A stretch of DNA of 64,000 nucleotides from Octopus vulgaris (GCA_951406725.2 OX597817.1:123814001-123878000), one strand, 5' to 3'. Counted from the first letter of the stretch, positions 13,903 to 26,040 are shown. The notes: generated by a model from the letters alone, not told the origin. Program-made: numbers and translations.

Positions 13903-15284
13903 TAGACACTCAGACACACACACACACAGAGAAACACAGGCACAGACACACACATGTACAGCTGCACTTTCAAATATTTATGATGATGAAGGCATACACA
14001 CATACACTCACTCACACATTCACATACAAACATTCATACATCATGTACAATTTTACAATCAGACACACATCCACACACAATTGAAAATAGATTCACTCAA
14101 ACACACACACACACACACTCACACGCATACACTTATTCCCACATGCACACACATACACAAACAGACACACACACACATACAGACTTAGCTGTGCATTCAC
14201 AACCCAAGAGATGCAATCCAAAGAAGTAGTCTGTGATTAATGTTATTGGTTTTCAAAAATGTGCTTTTGTTCTATATATGTGACACAAGTATTTTGCCTT
14301 ACATAATATACACAAGCCAAGATGCTTAAAACATAAAGAAAGACTATGTTGTTATTGCTGTTGGGAATATTATTCCACAAAAGCACAAGATATGAGATGA
14401 AATCTCCTGCCAACAACATGAAAGATCATTGGTCAGTTATAGTTTCTCTGTTGCTGCTTCTGATATCCAAAACTCACAAGATTGTAAAACATGAGTTTTA
14501 CTTCATTGATACATTGATTCATTGATACTTGACTGTTGGCTATGAGACGAAGTCTGACTACATCTGTCATATTTCAATTTTCCCAACAGCACAATGTTCC
14601 AAATGTGTCTCGAATATTTTTTCTTTTTTTTTTTCAAATTTGTTTTTAATTTCTTCACTGCATGCACAAGGACTATTGACCAAAATATCAAAAATAAATG
14701 AGATTTTCAAAATCTATTGATATGGAGTTCTAAAATTAGTCATAATATACTTTAAAATTCATTAGATTTAATAGCTGGTTATAAAATCTAAAAGTTGTTA
14801 GATATCAGAAGATGAGAATGCATTGAATATAACTTCTTTTTATTTTAGTTCAACTTTCAGTATGCAAATTATGCATTGATTATAACAATGTAATTAGCAA
14901 AATTATTCAAAATAATCATGACACATAACTCAAATTTTATTAATCTGAAAGAAACTAAAAACTACTAATATTAATTATATTTGTCGTTGTTGGTCAGCCT
15001 AAGTCAGCTCTGAATCAGCAGACATATGAATAAGGTGTTGTGGCAATGATTATTCGATGTGTCCTTCCTTTTTAAGAGTGTGACTTGAGAGTGATAAGCA
15101 CTTGCTATTTCAGGATACTGAACAACCATATATGGGCTCATTCAAATATACTACTTTCTTCTTTAGATGCAGGTGCGGGTTTAGTTGAGAAATTGTATGG
15201 TCGAATATATTAGATAACAGAACTCAGTATATTACTGCTATTTATGAATTAATAACAAAGATTTTTATGTATATAATGGAGGAA

Positions 15285-16075
15285 AGTGTTGTATACAGTG
15301 CTCAGGTGCACTACAACTACGAAAGAAAAAAAAGGCTATCAGGTGTACTGTTGGTGAATTTCAGGAAGCATGGAAGTTTTGAAGGATGTAGTGTCTCGAC
15401 AGTTAACAACTGATGCGGGTAGTTTATTACATACTTCAGCAATTCTGAGCGTGAAAAAATGTTTCCGAAAATCATAGTTGCTGTGTTGTTTTTTGATTTT
15501 ACAAGCATGTCCATGAGTGATTGTCATATGGAATTCAAAAAGGTGCCCAAGGTTGTTGTTGGAAAGATGGTGGATAACTTTGTGGGTGTCTACCAAGTCA
15601 GTTGCCATGAATACATTGAGCTTCAATGTATCCATGCTCAGGGAAGCAAGACGTTTAGAATATGGTTGATGTCTGACAGTGGGTATTCGTTTGGTTGCAC
15701 ATTTCTGAACAGTTTCCAGAAGATTTAATGCTGAGCAAGATAGGGGTTCCAGACTTGTGATGCAAATTCCAAGTGTGGATGTACCATTGTCATATACAAT
15801 TTTAAATAGCTAGCTGGAGAGCAGTTGACAAAGGTCTTACTGAGTGATGCTAGCACCCCCTCAACCTTCTTGACAATCTTAGAGATGTGGTTTGTCCAAA
15901 ACAGATAGTTGTTTACAACGATGACAAAATCACATCCACAAGAAGACTTTTTGAGATTGGTGTTGATGAGGGTGTATGTAACGGCTGGATTTGTCCTTCT
16001 GAAATGCATGGTGATGCACTTGTCTAGCATGAGTTGCCAGTCAGATATCTACTGCAATGTATCCAGCTCTAATTG
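15285..16075 (-). mobile_element. 5'-truncated CR1-like LINE (C-terminal part of ORF2 plus tail)
   Basis: Peptides KCITMHF, WTNHISKIVKK, LYMTMVHPHLEFASQVWNPY, LLETVQKCATKRI, HGHACKIKK, RKHFFTLRIAEVCNKLP. These are typical CR1/L2-clade C-terminal motifs, with frameshifts. Confidence 0.9.
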
Positions 16076-16519
16076 CATGAAATATCTATAGTACATAGGA
16101 GCTGTTCTTTTTTTTATATAACTGATTCAAGATTTTTTAAGCACAATTGTTTGATGGCAAAATATAGCTTTAAGGAATGATATCACAAGCACCAGCAAGG
16201 TGGTGGGCAGGCAGAATAGTTACTGCACTAAGCAAAATACTTGGCAGCATTTCGTCTGTTTGTATGTTCTCAGTTTGAATTCAGCCGAGGTTGACTTTGC
16301 CTTTCATTCTTTTGGGGTCAATAAAATAAGTATCAGTTGAACAATGAGATCAATGTAATCAACTTACTGCCCCACCTCAAATTTTCTGGCCTTGTTCCAA
16401 AATTTGAAACCACAAGGTTGAGGAAGCAAATATCAGCAAAGCCAACTGTTGTAATACCTTGTTTTGTTATGATGGACATTAGTGACATAGAATAGTCCAT
16501 TATGTTGAGTGTCTGGGGA

Positions 16520-17231
16520 AAATCAAAATCAAAATCAAAATCAAAATCAAACAAAATCAAAATAGATGAACATCAATGGAATTTGTATCCTTGTGGTACC
16601 AGTGCCGGTGGCACACAAGAAAACCATCCGAACGTGGCCGTAGCCAGTACCGCACCGACTGGCCTCCATGCTGTGGGCACGTAACAATCACCATCCAATC
16701 GTGGCCGATCGCCAGCCTGATCTGGCTCCTGTGTCGGTGGCACATAAAAAAAAAAAAACACCATCCGAGCGTGGTCGTCTGCTAGCCTTGTCTGGCACCT
16801 GTGTCGGTGGCACATAAAAACACCATCCGAGTGTGGCCGTTCGCCAGCCTCGTCTGGCACCTGTGTCGGTGGCACATAAAAACACCATCCGAGCGTGGTC
16901 GTCTGCTAGCCTTGTCTGGCACCTGTGTCGGTGGCACATAAAAACACCATCCGAGCGTGGCTGTTCGCCAGCTTCGTCTGGCACCTGTGTTGGTGGCACA
17001 TAAAAACACCATCCGAGCGTGGCTGTTCGCCAGCCTCGTCTGGCACCTGTGTCAGTGGCACATAAAAACACCATCCGAGCGTGGCCGTTCGCCAGCTTCA
17101 TCTGGCACCTGTGTCGGTGGCACATAAAAACACCATCCGAGCGTGGCCGTTCGCCAGCCTCGTCTGACACCTGTGTCAGTGGCACATAAAATCACCCACT
17201 ACACTCTCGGAGTGGTTGGCGTTAGGAAAGG
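16520..17231 (+). repeat. RTE-tail-like retroposon with an amplified ~62-bp tandem array
   Basis: ccatccgagcgtggccgttcgccagcctcgtctggcacctgtgtcggtggcacataaaaaca recurs at about 16761, 16823, 16885, 16947, 17009, 17071 and 17133, with diverged units upstream. Preceded by (aaaatc)n. Confidence 0.9.
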
Positions 17232-18191
17232 ACTTATTGTCACAAAATAAAATAGTACAGTTAAAATAGCAGACACAAAATATAGTATGTTATTTTTGAA
17301 ACTGCAATAGCAGGTGCTGTGTTATACAATTGTTACTGTTGACATTTATCAATAGATTGTTTGCTAATTTCTGAGGAAACTTTTAAGAATTATTCTAAAA
17401 TTGTTCTTAAATTGTTCAGCATTAGTCAGCGCTTATCCAAAAGACATGTTGTCCAGCCCTAACCATCTCATTTTATGTTTTGTGGATACAGTGTATTGTA
17501 AAAATGCTTTATAAATTAAGTCCTCCCTTTTTAAGGGTGTGACTTTAGGGAGATTTGGTTTATATATATTTGTCTTCAAATGAGATTTGCAGACTCAGTT
17601 CCTCTCAAGACTTTTCTGTTCCCTTTCCTTCACTTAGACACCTGGTTCCTTCCACTGACCTCAAAGTAAATATCATTCACATTTATTGTAATTTTTATCA
17701 TCACCCAACCTACATTATTTTATTTAATTCTCACTCTCTCAGCACACTCACTTAAAAACTCATTCACAGGAACTTTTTAGGACTTATTCTAAAATTGTTC
17801 TTAAATTGTTCAGCTCTGATACAAAAGCCATCTCCAATTATTCAATCTCTCCATCACTCTCCTATCAACTGTATTACATAAGCATATAAATTTGTACATA
17901 TGTATACATTACATACACGTACGTACATATGTATATGTGTGATTTTTTAAGCCTGTTACTTGTTCTAACAGCTATACGTCACAGGAACATAAACAAACCA
18001 ACACCAGTTGTCAAGCAGAAGTGGGGAACAAACACAGACACAATGACACATGCATAGGTACATGCATACATGTATACATACATACACACACAAACACACA
18101 TATATATATACTTACATACATATATGTATGTATATATATATATATATATATGCATATATATTTATGTGTATGTATATATAGTAACCACAGA

Positions 18192-19004
18192 ATGACTAAT
18201 AACATTAACATTAATAGTAATAATAGCAATACCGATATTAATAGAAGTAATAATGTTAATAATAGAAATAATAGAAATAAGGCTAATGGAGAAAATAAGG
18301 AGAATGAAAATATCAGTGATATCTATAACAACAATATGCAGTCGGATAAAAAGACTAACAATAATAGTAACATTACCAATAATATAAGAAATCATGGTAG
18401 GACTTTAGACCTAAAAGATGAAACAGAAGGATCAATAAATAATAGCAATACTTTAGATATCAGCACCAACTATAGAAATATTAATAACAATAAGGACAAT
18501 TATACTCATGATAATCAAAATAATAGGAACCTAAGACATCTACCCAAGAATAATCCAAAACCTGAAGTTGTTCCTCCTGTGTGTAAGTGTAGAATAAAAT
18601 CAAAATGCCCGGCACCTGGTCTATGCGGGGAAAATAATGTAATCTATAAATGTACCATATCCACGGAGAATAACAAATATTTTTACATTGGATGTACAAT
18701 TAATTTTTTAGCCAGAGTTAGAAATCACATCTCGTCTTTTAAATTACGTCATAAAGCTGGTACCACCACACTTTCAAACAAAATCTGGGAACTCAAAAAT
18801 AATAATAATAATTATAACCTTAATTGGGAAATAGTTAGGAGAGCAATTCCGTATAAAAATAGCAGGGTTGGTTGCCAACTATGCTCCATGGAGACGTATG
18901 AAATTCTAAAGCATAGAAAACATAGAAACTTATTGAATAACCATATCGAACTAGGTCAAGTTTGTGTCCACGCTAAATTGAAGACTTTAAAATATTTTAA
19001 ATGA
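18192..19004 (+). CDS. Penelope-type GIY-YIG endonuclease ORF (270 aa from ATG 18192), Asn-rich N-terminus, no RT
   Basis: Uninterrupted frame: CKC..KCP..GLC, VIYKC...YFYIGCT..F..RVRNH, LS..IW.LK, WEIV, CQLC..E...I, LLN...E...CVH. The ORF-track start at 18021 lies in SINE/microsatellite sequence. Confidence 0.85.
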   Translation: MTNNININSNNSNTDINRSNNVNNRNNRNKANGENKENENISDIYNNNMQSDKKTNNNSNITNNIRNHGRTLDLKDETEGSINNSNTLDISTNYRNINNNKDNYTHDNQNNRNLRHLPKNNPKPEVVPPVCKCRIKSKCPAPGLCGENNVIYKCTISTENNKYFYIGCTINFLARVRNHISSFKLRHKAGTTTLSNKIWELKNNNNNYNLNWEIVRRAIPYKNSRVGCQLCSMETYEILKHRKHRNLLNNHIELGQVCVHAKLKTLKYFK

Positions 19005-20474
19005 TTAGAATATTCGTAACTAGATAGATAGATAGATATAACTTGATTTTTACTAGTATAGCACTGCTTTAAGTAGATAACTAAGAGTTCTCACACTACA
19101 GTTATCTTTTTCCTTATATCTGCATCAGTTTTTTGAGAACAGGGAAATGAATAGTACTTATACGCTGCTTAATTGAGGCTTTATTTAATTTCAAACTCAT
19201 AATTTTAAATCTTAATTTTAAATCTTAATTTTAATTTTTAATTTTAATTCTTAACTTAATCTAATTTAAGTAGCATAACTTTAATAAAATAAAATGAGTT
19301 ACTAAAGCCCCATAATTCTATTTCAAAATTAAATAAATAAGGCTACTCCCTCGGTAATAATATGATTATCTTCATTATGATAGACAATTCCCTAACACCT
19401 TGTAAATGATCTTCTAAGATTTGACCTGTAGTCCGTCAATGTATGAATAATAACGGCAACTCCTTAAGACAGTAAAATGAATAAATTAAATAAATAAATT
19501 TTAATGACTTTTTGATAAGATTATACTTAGATTTTCCTAATGTATTTTCTTTTGATTTTAGCCTTTGACCCCTAAACCCCTGACCGTGTTATCTCTTTAG
19601 ATTCTCTTTAAATTCATAGCTGCTTTCAACAGCAATAAATTAGATGTTTTACTGGTCAAAGAATAATATTCTCCTCTAGTTCCTAGATGCCTGTAAATTA
19701 AAACCAGACTTGCCGTCTACTAATTCTTCTGTATAACTAGAACCCTCTTTTTTTTCTTTTTCTTTTTTCCCTTCTTTCCCTATTTCTTTCTCTTTTCTCT
19801 TTTTTCTTTTTCTTCTTCTTATTCTCTTTTTCTTTTTTTCTTTTTCCTTTTCTCTTCTCTTTTAGTCCCCCCCCCCTTTGCTCCCTCCTCCTTTATTTTC
19901 TCTCTTTTCTTCTCTTTCCTTCCCTTTTCTGTTCTTTGCCTCTCTAGAAAGCCCTTCAGCCTTTAAAAGTTAAATAGCTACAGTCTCTTGTAAATAGCAG
20001 TAATGTGATTAATGTGGCAAATACCTAATCATATAGCAAGAATTGATACCTACCTCATTGTGTTCAACCATTGATAAATTTATTGCCTGTGAATATGAAA
20101 TTCCTCTTCATTTCTCTGGAAATTTACATCTACACCATTGGAAATTGTGCATCTATACAAAGGATTAATTCACCCTCTCTGTAATGCTAATAAGCAGGAA
20201 TTGAGACCCACCTCGTTGTGATTAGCAATGGATAAATTTGTCGTCTGTGAGTATGTAATCCCTCCTCATATCTCTGGAAATTCATATGTACACTATGGAT
20301 TAAGTCACCTTCTCTGTGATGCTATTAAAACTTTTTTAAAATTCTGTGATAAGACTGTACATCATCTTTAAAGAACTTTAATGAACTTTGGAAATCTGTT
20401 TATGTTACTTAATTATCTACATTACTTCATGAGTATAGCCTCAACCACTAGGATGTCTAGAGAACTCACATGTA

Positions 20475-20565
20475 TTTTAGCTGATGAGTACGGGACACGT
20501 TTATATGCTGCAATTTTTGCAACTTTTAATAAAGCCTGTCCTTGTATGAAACGATTGTACTAAAA
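20475..20565 (+). ncRNA. Type I hammerhead ribozyme, intact core
   Basis: Stem I ttttag/ctaaaa; CTGATGA 20481-87; long stem II gtacgggaca...tgtccttgtat; GAAA 20548-51; short stem III; GTA triplet with predicted cut after 20559. Confidence 0.9.
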
Positions 20566-20711
20566 ACCTATCCATTCTTGTTGCTTCTTTCTCGCTTATA
20601 ATCACCCCACATTACTGTATTGTTAAAACCGTATAGTTTTTTTGGTGCATCTAAGTTAGGTACCATATTCAAGTAAATTCATTTAAATTAACTTGAATCT
20701 TTATTGCTTTT

Positions 20712-20771
<60 letters not shown>

Positions 20772-20788
20772 CATATGTATATATATAT

Positions 20789-21110
20789 ATTGAGGAAAAA
20801 GTCGTCGGAATTTTGGAAAAAAATCTTTTTATTTCTTTATTATTATTAGCACTTTCATTCATTTTTCAAACTTGTCAAATAGAATTTTGTGAATGTACAA
20901 ACAGCTTGTTCATTTATAAAAAACAGATGTTTTGGTGGGGTTTTGTTTAGAAAAAGAGAACATTTTTTTTGTTTTATGGGGTGAAGTTCCATGACAATGG
21001 AGATAGAAATATAGGTAGGTAGAAAGATAGATAGATAGATTGATAGATAGATAGATAGATGCATACATACATAGAAACATAGATGCATAGTCAGACAGAT
21101 ATCTGTCTGA

Positions 21111-21165
<55 letters not shown>

Positions 21166-21415
21166 CCTACCTACCTACCTACCTGTATTTCTATCTATCT
21201 CCATTGTCATGGAACCTCTACCCAAAAAACAAAAACAATGTTCTGTTCTTCTAAACAAAATCCCCAAAAAACATCTGTTTTATATAAATGAACAAGCTGT
21301 TTGTACATTCACAAAATTCTATTTGACAAGTTCAAGAAACGAATGAAAGCGCTAATAATAATAAAGGAATAAAAATACTTTTTTCCCAAAATTATGATGA
21401 CTTTTTTCTCAATAT
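20789..21415. repeat. Fold-back inverted repeat with ~300-bp arms
   Basis: Left arm (tgaggaaaaagtcgtc...acttgtcaaatagaattttgtgaatgtacaaacagcttgttcatttata...gatagatag) is the reverse complement of the right arm. Centre is the perfect palindrome tagtcagacagatatctgtctgacta. Confidence 0.92.
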
Positions 21416-21460
21416 TCAAATTTTGTACACCACACCTAACACTCTCTCACTCTATAATAT

Positions 21461-21538
<78 letters not shown>

Positions 21539-21554
21539 TTAGAGGTCAACAGAG

Positions 21555-21624
21555 TTTTAGGATCTGACGATACACCATAATGCTAAACCCTTTATGGACA
21601 GGAAACCTATGGTAACCCCATAAA
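21555..21624 (+). ncRNA. Type I hammerhead ribozyme motif, partly degenerate helices
   Basis: CTGACGA 21564-70; stem II ccataa/ttatgg; GAAA 21602-05; stem III cc-tat-gg; GTA triplet. Stem I is imperfect (tttaggat vs accccataaa). Confidence 0.7.
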
Positions 21625-21648
21625 CCTGCCTTCCCCAATTTTAATATA

Positions 21649-22025
21649 CACTTGCGTCAGAAATTAATTAGCACTTCTCAAATTTCTACATTAAATAGGT
21701 TAAATCAATTAACCTATGAGCTGTTCAAAACGTCTTACGCGATGAGAAAACTTAGTATGGTGTGATTTCGGTCCTTGCGAGGCGCTACCTATATCTATTA
21801 AACAAAGGAAGATTTGTCTGCATCCGCACTCCAATTTGTTGCACTGCTATGTCAACATCATAAGGCTGTAGACTCTCAAACTGCTCTGCAAACAAAGTTA
21901 CGTCATCGTTCTGCGCAACAGTGAACTCGCAACAAAGCAATAGTTCGAGATATGGCCACTAGGTGACAGCACATACCTTGAGTGAAGAGCAAATCAAGGG
22001 TGCTAATTAATTTCTGACACAAGTG
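21649..22025. mobile_element. Tc1/mariner-type MITE
   Basis: 26-bp TIRs cacttgcgtcagaaattaattagcac / gtgctaattaatttctgacacaagtg with TA on both sides. Confidence 0.9.
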
Positions 22026-22154
22026 TATACTGCTTTACATCTTAGAGTGTGCTTCTTCTGTCAGATTTATGTTCTTACAACCGATATATATAATATATAT
22101 GACAGTTTTCTTTCAACTTTCATCTACCAAATCCAATCGTAAGTCTTTGGTCAA

Positions 22155-22595
22155 GGTAGTCACAGTCTGGCGAGTTAGATGTTAGGGGTGATGTGGTCAC
22201 AGAAATTGTCTAACAGCCATGATTGGGTTTCCCTGCTTGTGGAGCATGCTGCAGATTTCTGTTGCCAGACACAGAGTCTTCCAGCAGCCACCCTCTTGAC
22301 CCAGGACAGCGCAACCTCCTCCAGGCACTTGATGTAGGCCTCCGTGATGAGTCTTGGAAGATGAATGGAGGTATAATGTTGTCATCACTAGTGATCACTG
22401 CAAATACCATGATGTTGACTGGATGTTTGATTTTTATCACTTTTGGTAATGTCCTAAGAATGACACCCAAACACACTGAAATGCTTTTATTGGAACTTCT
22501 GGTGCAAATACAAAGCATGACATTTCTGGCAGAGTAAACTGTCATGGTGTTTTTTTTTTTCACAGATGGTGCCCCACTGACCCTACTATACTACT
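22155..22595 (-). pseudogene. Tc1/mariner (maT/DD37D-like) transposase fragment
   Basis: KHPVNIMVFAVITSDDNIIPPFIF and, in another frame, VWQQKSAACSTSRETQSWLLDNFCDHITPNI (decayed WQQDSAPCH motif). Confidence 0.8.
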
Positions 22596-23125
22596 ATACT
22601 TCTGACGAGAAACAGGATCATATTGATTGAATTTCGAAATCACATGATAAGGTTTAATCAAACCACTTCACTCTACGAATATTTCTTGTCAAAAAAAGAT
22701 GTTATGGCTTGCAGCTCACAGTTCCAAATATTTCATGAGATTAGAACTTTTGTGTTGCTGTTTGAGTTAAAGTTTGGCTCTTATTTCTAGCAATTGTGCT
22801 ATTTTGCACCCTCATTTATTAATTTTATGTTTTTGGTTTTAATTGCTATAGCTGCCTATATTATAATGTATTTAATATATCTTAATATATTAATATATTA
22901 TTATAAATCTTATTGTATGTAACCATACACTTTAACTGTTTTGAATTTTAGTGCTCACTCTTCAACGGTTTATCTCATGAACAAATAGCAGGCAGGGTAT
23001 TTAACCTGAAATAACTGTGGAAACCTCTGATGAGAAACAAGATTATATTGATCAAATTTGAAAATCACTTGATAAAATTTTATCAAACTACTTCATACTT
23101 TGAGTTTATCTCACAGTCCCAAATA
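22596..23125 (+). mobile_element. Retrozyme/PLE-pLTR-like unit bounded by two homologous HHRs 425 nt apart
   Basis: ctgacgagaaacaggatcatattgattgaatttcgaaatcacatgataaggttt (22602) is repeated as aaacctctgatgagaaacaagattatattgatcaaatttgaaaatcacttgataaaattt (23021). Homology continues into atcaaac.acttca. Confidence 0.75.
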
Positions 23126-23161
23126 TGTCATTAGGCGAGTGCTTTGTGTGGCTGTTCAAGT

Positions 23162-23197
<36 letters not shown>

Positions 23198-23559
23198 CGT
23201 AATAGTGATATTTCTAAATAATTTAATAGGTCTATTTCAGGATTGCATAATATGTAATAGGAAATGTATTCATTATGTAAACCTTCCTCAGTTAAAGCAT
23301 TTCCAAAGATTTCAAAAATAGCTGGCTTTCACTCCACTTGTGCAAATACTCTAACAATAATGAGAAGCAATTTCTTTATATTTGACTCGAGGTGAAAATT
23401 CTGGTGCCATACACCATTTCTTAGCATGGCATGAAATATATATATATATTTATATTGACAGAAATAGTAAGACAACAAAAGAAAGAAAGAGACCTCGATA
23501 TTATGTAAATAGAGGAATTTATCTGTAAATGTAATATGTGACAATTATTTGGTAGCCAT

Positions 23560-23620
23560 GATAAAACTCTGAGTTTTGGATGTCGGGGTGGAAATCCATG
23601 CCACCATCTCTTCAGTTATC
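23560..23620 (-). ncRNA. Antisense copy of the same HHR with G12->A core substitution
   Basis: Reverse complement reads gataa CTGAAGA gatg...catc c AAAA ctcagagt t ttatc. Confidence 0.7.
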
Positions 23621-23958
23621 TGGCCATCGGAAAAAATGCTATGAAAATGACCATTAAACAGAAGGAAATTACTGTGTGATTGACTGTTATTAAGACAAAA
23701 GAGCTGTTTGAATGACTGCTAAGTGAGGGGAGGGAGTAAAAGTAAGGGGGTACAAATGTACATAGTATTCACGTAAGTGTGTGTAGGTATGGACATGTGT
23801 GCTTTCACGAATACTATGTACATTTGTACCCCCTTACTTTTACTCCCTCCCCTCACTTGGCAGTCATTCAAATAGCTCTTTTGTCTTAATAACGGTCAAT
23901 CACACAGTAATTTCCCTTTGTTTAATGATAATTTTCATAGCATTTTTTCAGATGGCCA

Positions 23959-24019
23959 GATAACTGAAGAGATGACAGTATGGATATCCACCCCAACATC
24001 CGAAACTCAGAGTTTTATC
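23959..24019 (+). ncRNA. Minimal type I hammerhead ribozyme, intact core
   Basis: Stem I gataa/ttatc; CTGAAGA 23964-70; stem II gatg...catc; GAAA 24002-05; quasi-palindromic stem III actc-a-gagt; GTT triplet. Confidence 0.8.
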
Positions 24020-24308
24020 ATGGCTACCAAATAATTGTGACATATTACACTTACAGATATATATATACATATATATATATTTGTATATATTGTTTAATGA
24101 ACACATTATATATTTTTATAAGCTACTAATAGTTTTAGTGTATACAAATATATACTATGTTCATTAAACAATATATATCTGTCATCAGATGAAGTATTTT
24201 ATGAGTGGTCTTACCTTCACAGAACAGTATACTATATGTGTGTGTATGCATGTGTGTGTGTGTGTGTGTATGATGTATGTATGCATGTATGTATGTATGC
24301 ATGCAGAT

Positions 24309-24368
<60 letters not shown>

Positions 24369-26009
24369 CAAGATTAGGTAAAATAAATGGATGTAATACA
24401 ACTCAACATGAGTACATATTCTTATATTTAATTGGCAAAAATTAAAAACTGACACAAGTTTGATAAGCACCTTGTACAAAACTCAACTGTTGTGTCATTT
24501 TGTAACATCTGCTGATTAAAAAATATATATATTTGTCTGTGTATGCATGTGCGTATGAAAGATTTTGCAAACTGAACAAAAACACTGAAAGATTTTTACC
24601 ATTTTCGTTTTTTCATTCTTTTTCCCCTTTGCACAGGAATTTTTTGCTTTGAAACAAATTGTCATTTTCATTTGGACAATATGCATTTAGCTTGTTTGGA
24701 TTTTGTCATACCTTTTTATTTTATTTTTCTCAGCTTTTTATTATTTTCTTTATATTTTTAGCAATTTATTATTTTTCCTATGTGAAAATATTAGGGAAAA
24801 ATACAATTATGCAACAATGCAAGTATAAATAACAGATAACAACACCAAAGATTGTACAGTATGGTTTCATTCACAATTTAAGCTTCATTTTTTGTGTGTG
24901 TGTGTGTGTGTTTGGTGGTGTTGGAGGGTCTTCTTTCTTATGCCCTGACAAAAATACATAAAAACGATGACTCACTAGGAGAAAACAGAATTTTGTTTTT
25001 AAATATAAAACTTCAGAAAAATACAATGGAGAGAAAAGAAAAAAAAATCTTGTTTATAAAATTGATTTATTTGATATCTGCTTCTACTAAAAATAAATAG
25101 TAGTAGTAGTAGTAGTAATAGTAGTAGTAGTAGTAGTAACAGCAGCACTAACAGTTTCTGTTTGTTGTCTTGCTTAATTTTATTTAATTTTTTTTTATTA
25201 GCTCTAATTGGATGGATTGATAACTAATGTATTTTTCAGAATTTATTTTTTCTATTTTAGAGAAGAAAAAAACAACAACTTTCATTTACTTTTTATAAAA
25301 GAATATTTAGAAAAACTTTTTTTAATCATTTTAGTTTCTTTCTTTATTTATTTTCTTGTTTGTGAAGTTATTCTGCTTTCATGTTTATTCAATGCAAAAA
25401 GTAAAAACAGAAACACAAGAACTAATAAAGAAATTTTAAAAAAAGACCTGTAGAAATACAGGAATACATCATGTGGAAAATAATATTGTGCTTTGAAAAG
25501 ATTGATAGCCATATTACACTCTGTCTTTATACTCAATATTTCATATTCGAAGAAATATTTCAATATCAAATACATAAAATAAAAAGAAAATAAAAATTGG
25601 AGAAACTATATAAAACAAGTTATCTAAACATCTAGATTTTAATTTTCTTTAATTTCATGTTTATCATGTGGATTCTAATTTATTCTTTCCTCCACCCAAA
25701 TAATGATGATGATGAAGATGATAATGATGATGATGATATGATGATATGATGATATGAAGTGTAGACCAATGAATTTACCATAATTGAAAAAGATTAGAAA
25801 TTATCAGCAAAAAATCTACTCTTACAATTCACCAGAAAGTTTTCTTAATTGCACATAGAAAGTTTTCACAAAATTCATTCAAAATTCTTATTACAAATTG
25901 TCACTTCCTGTAGACATCTATTGTTGAAACTAAATTTTGATTCATATCTCATTTCTTGACAACATAAGTTATTATATGCAACATATATCATGTATCAAAA
26001 TTATCACAG

Positions 26010-26040
<31 letters not shown>

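Larger units (their letters stand above)
18181..20712 (+). mobile_element. Penelope-like element, 5'-truncated or EN-only, with long 3' UTR/pLTR
   Basis: GIY-YIG ORF, pyrimidine tract 19745-19940, internal duplication (~20035-20175 vs ~20200-20310), terminal HHR, (TA)n on both sides. Confidence 0.85.
23520..24059. repeat. Fold-back inverted repeat (~250-bp arms, 38-nt spacer) of an HHR-bearing PLE terminal repeat
   Basis: 23520-23770 is the reverse complement of 23809-24059 with scattered substitutions. Flanked by (TA)-rich repeats. Confidence 0.93.

Noticed and set aside
16689-17192. CRISPR-like regular array
   Set aside because: Units are contiguous with no unique spacers, there are no cas genes, and the context is a eukaryotic retroposon.
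18021-18191. ORF-track N-terminus of the 327-aa GIY-YIG ORF
   Set aside because: It lies in an antisense SINE tail and microsatellite and starts at GTG. It is in frame by chance.
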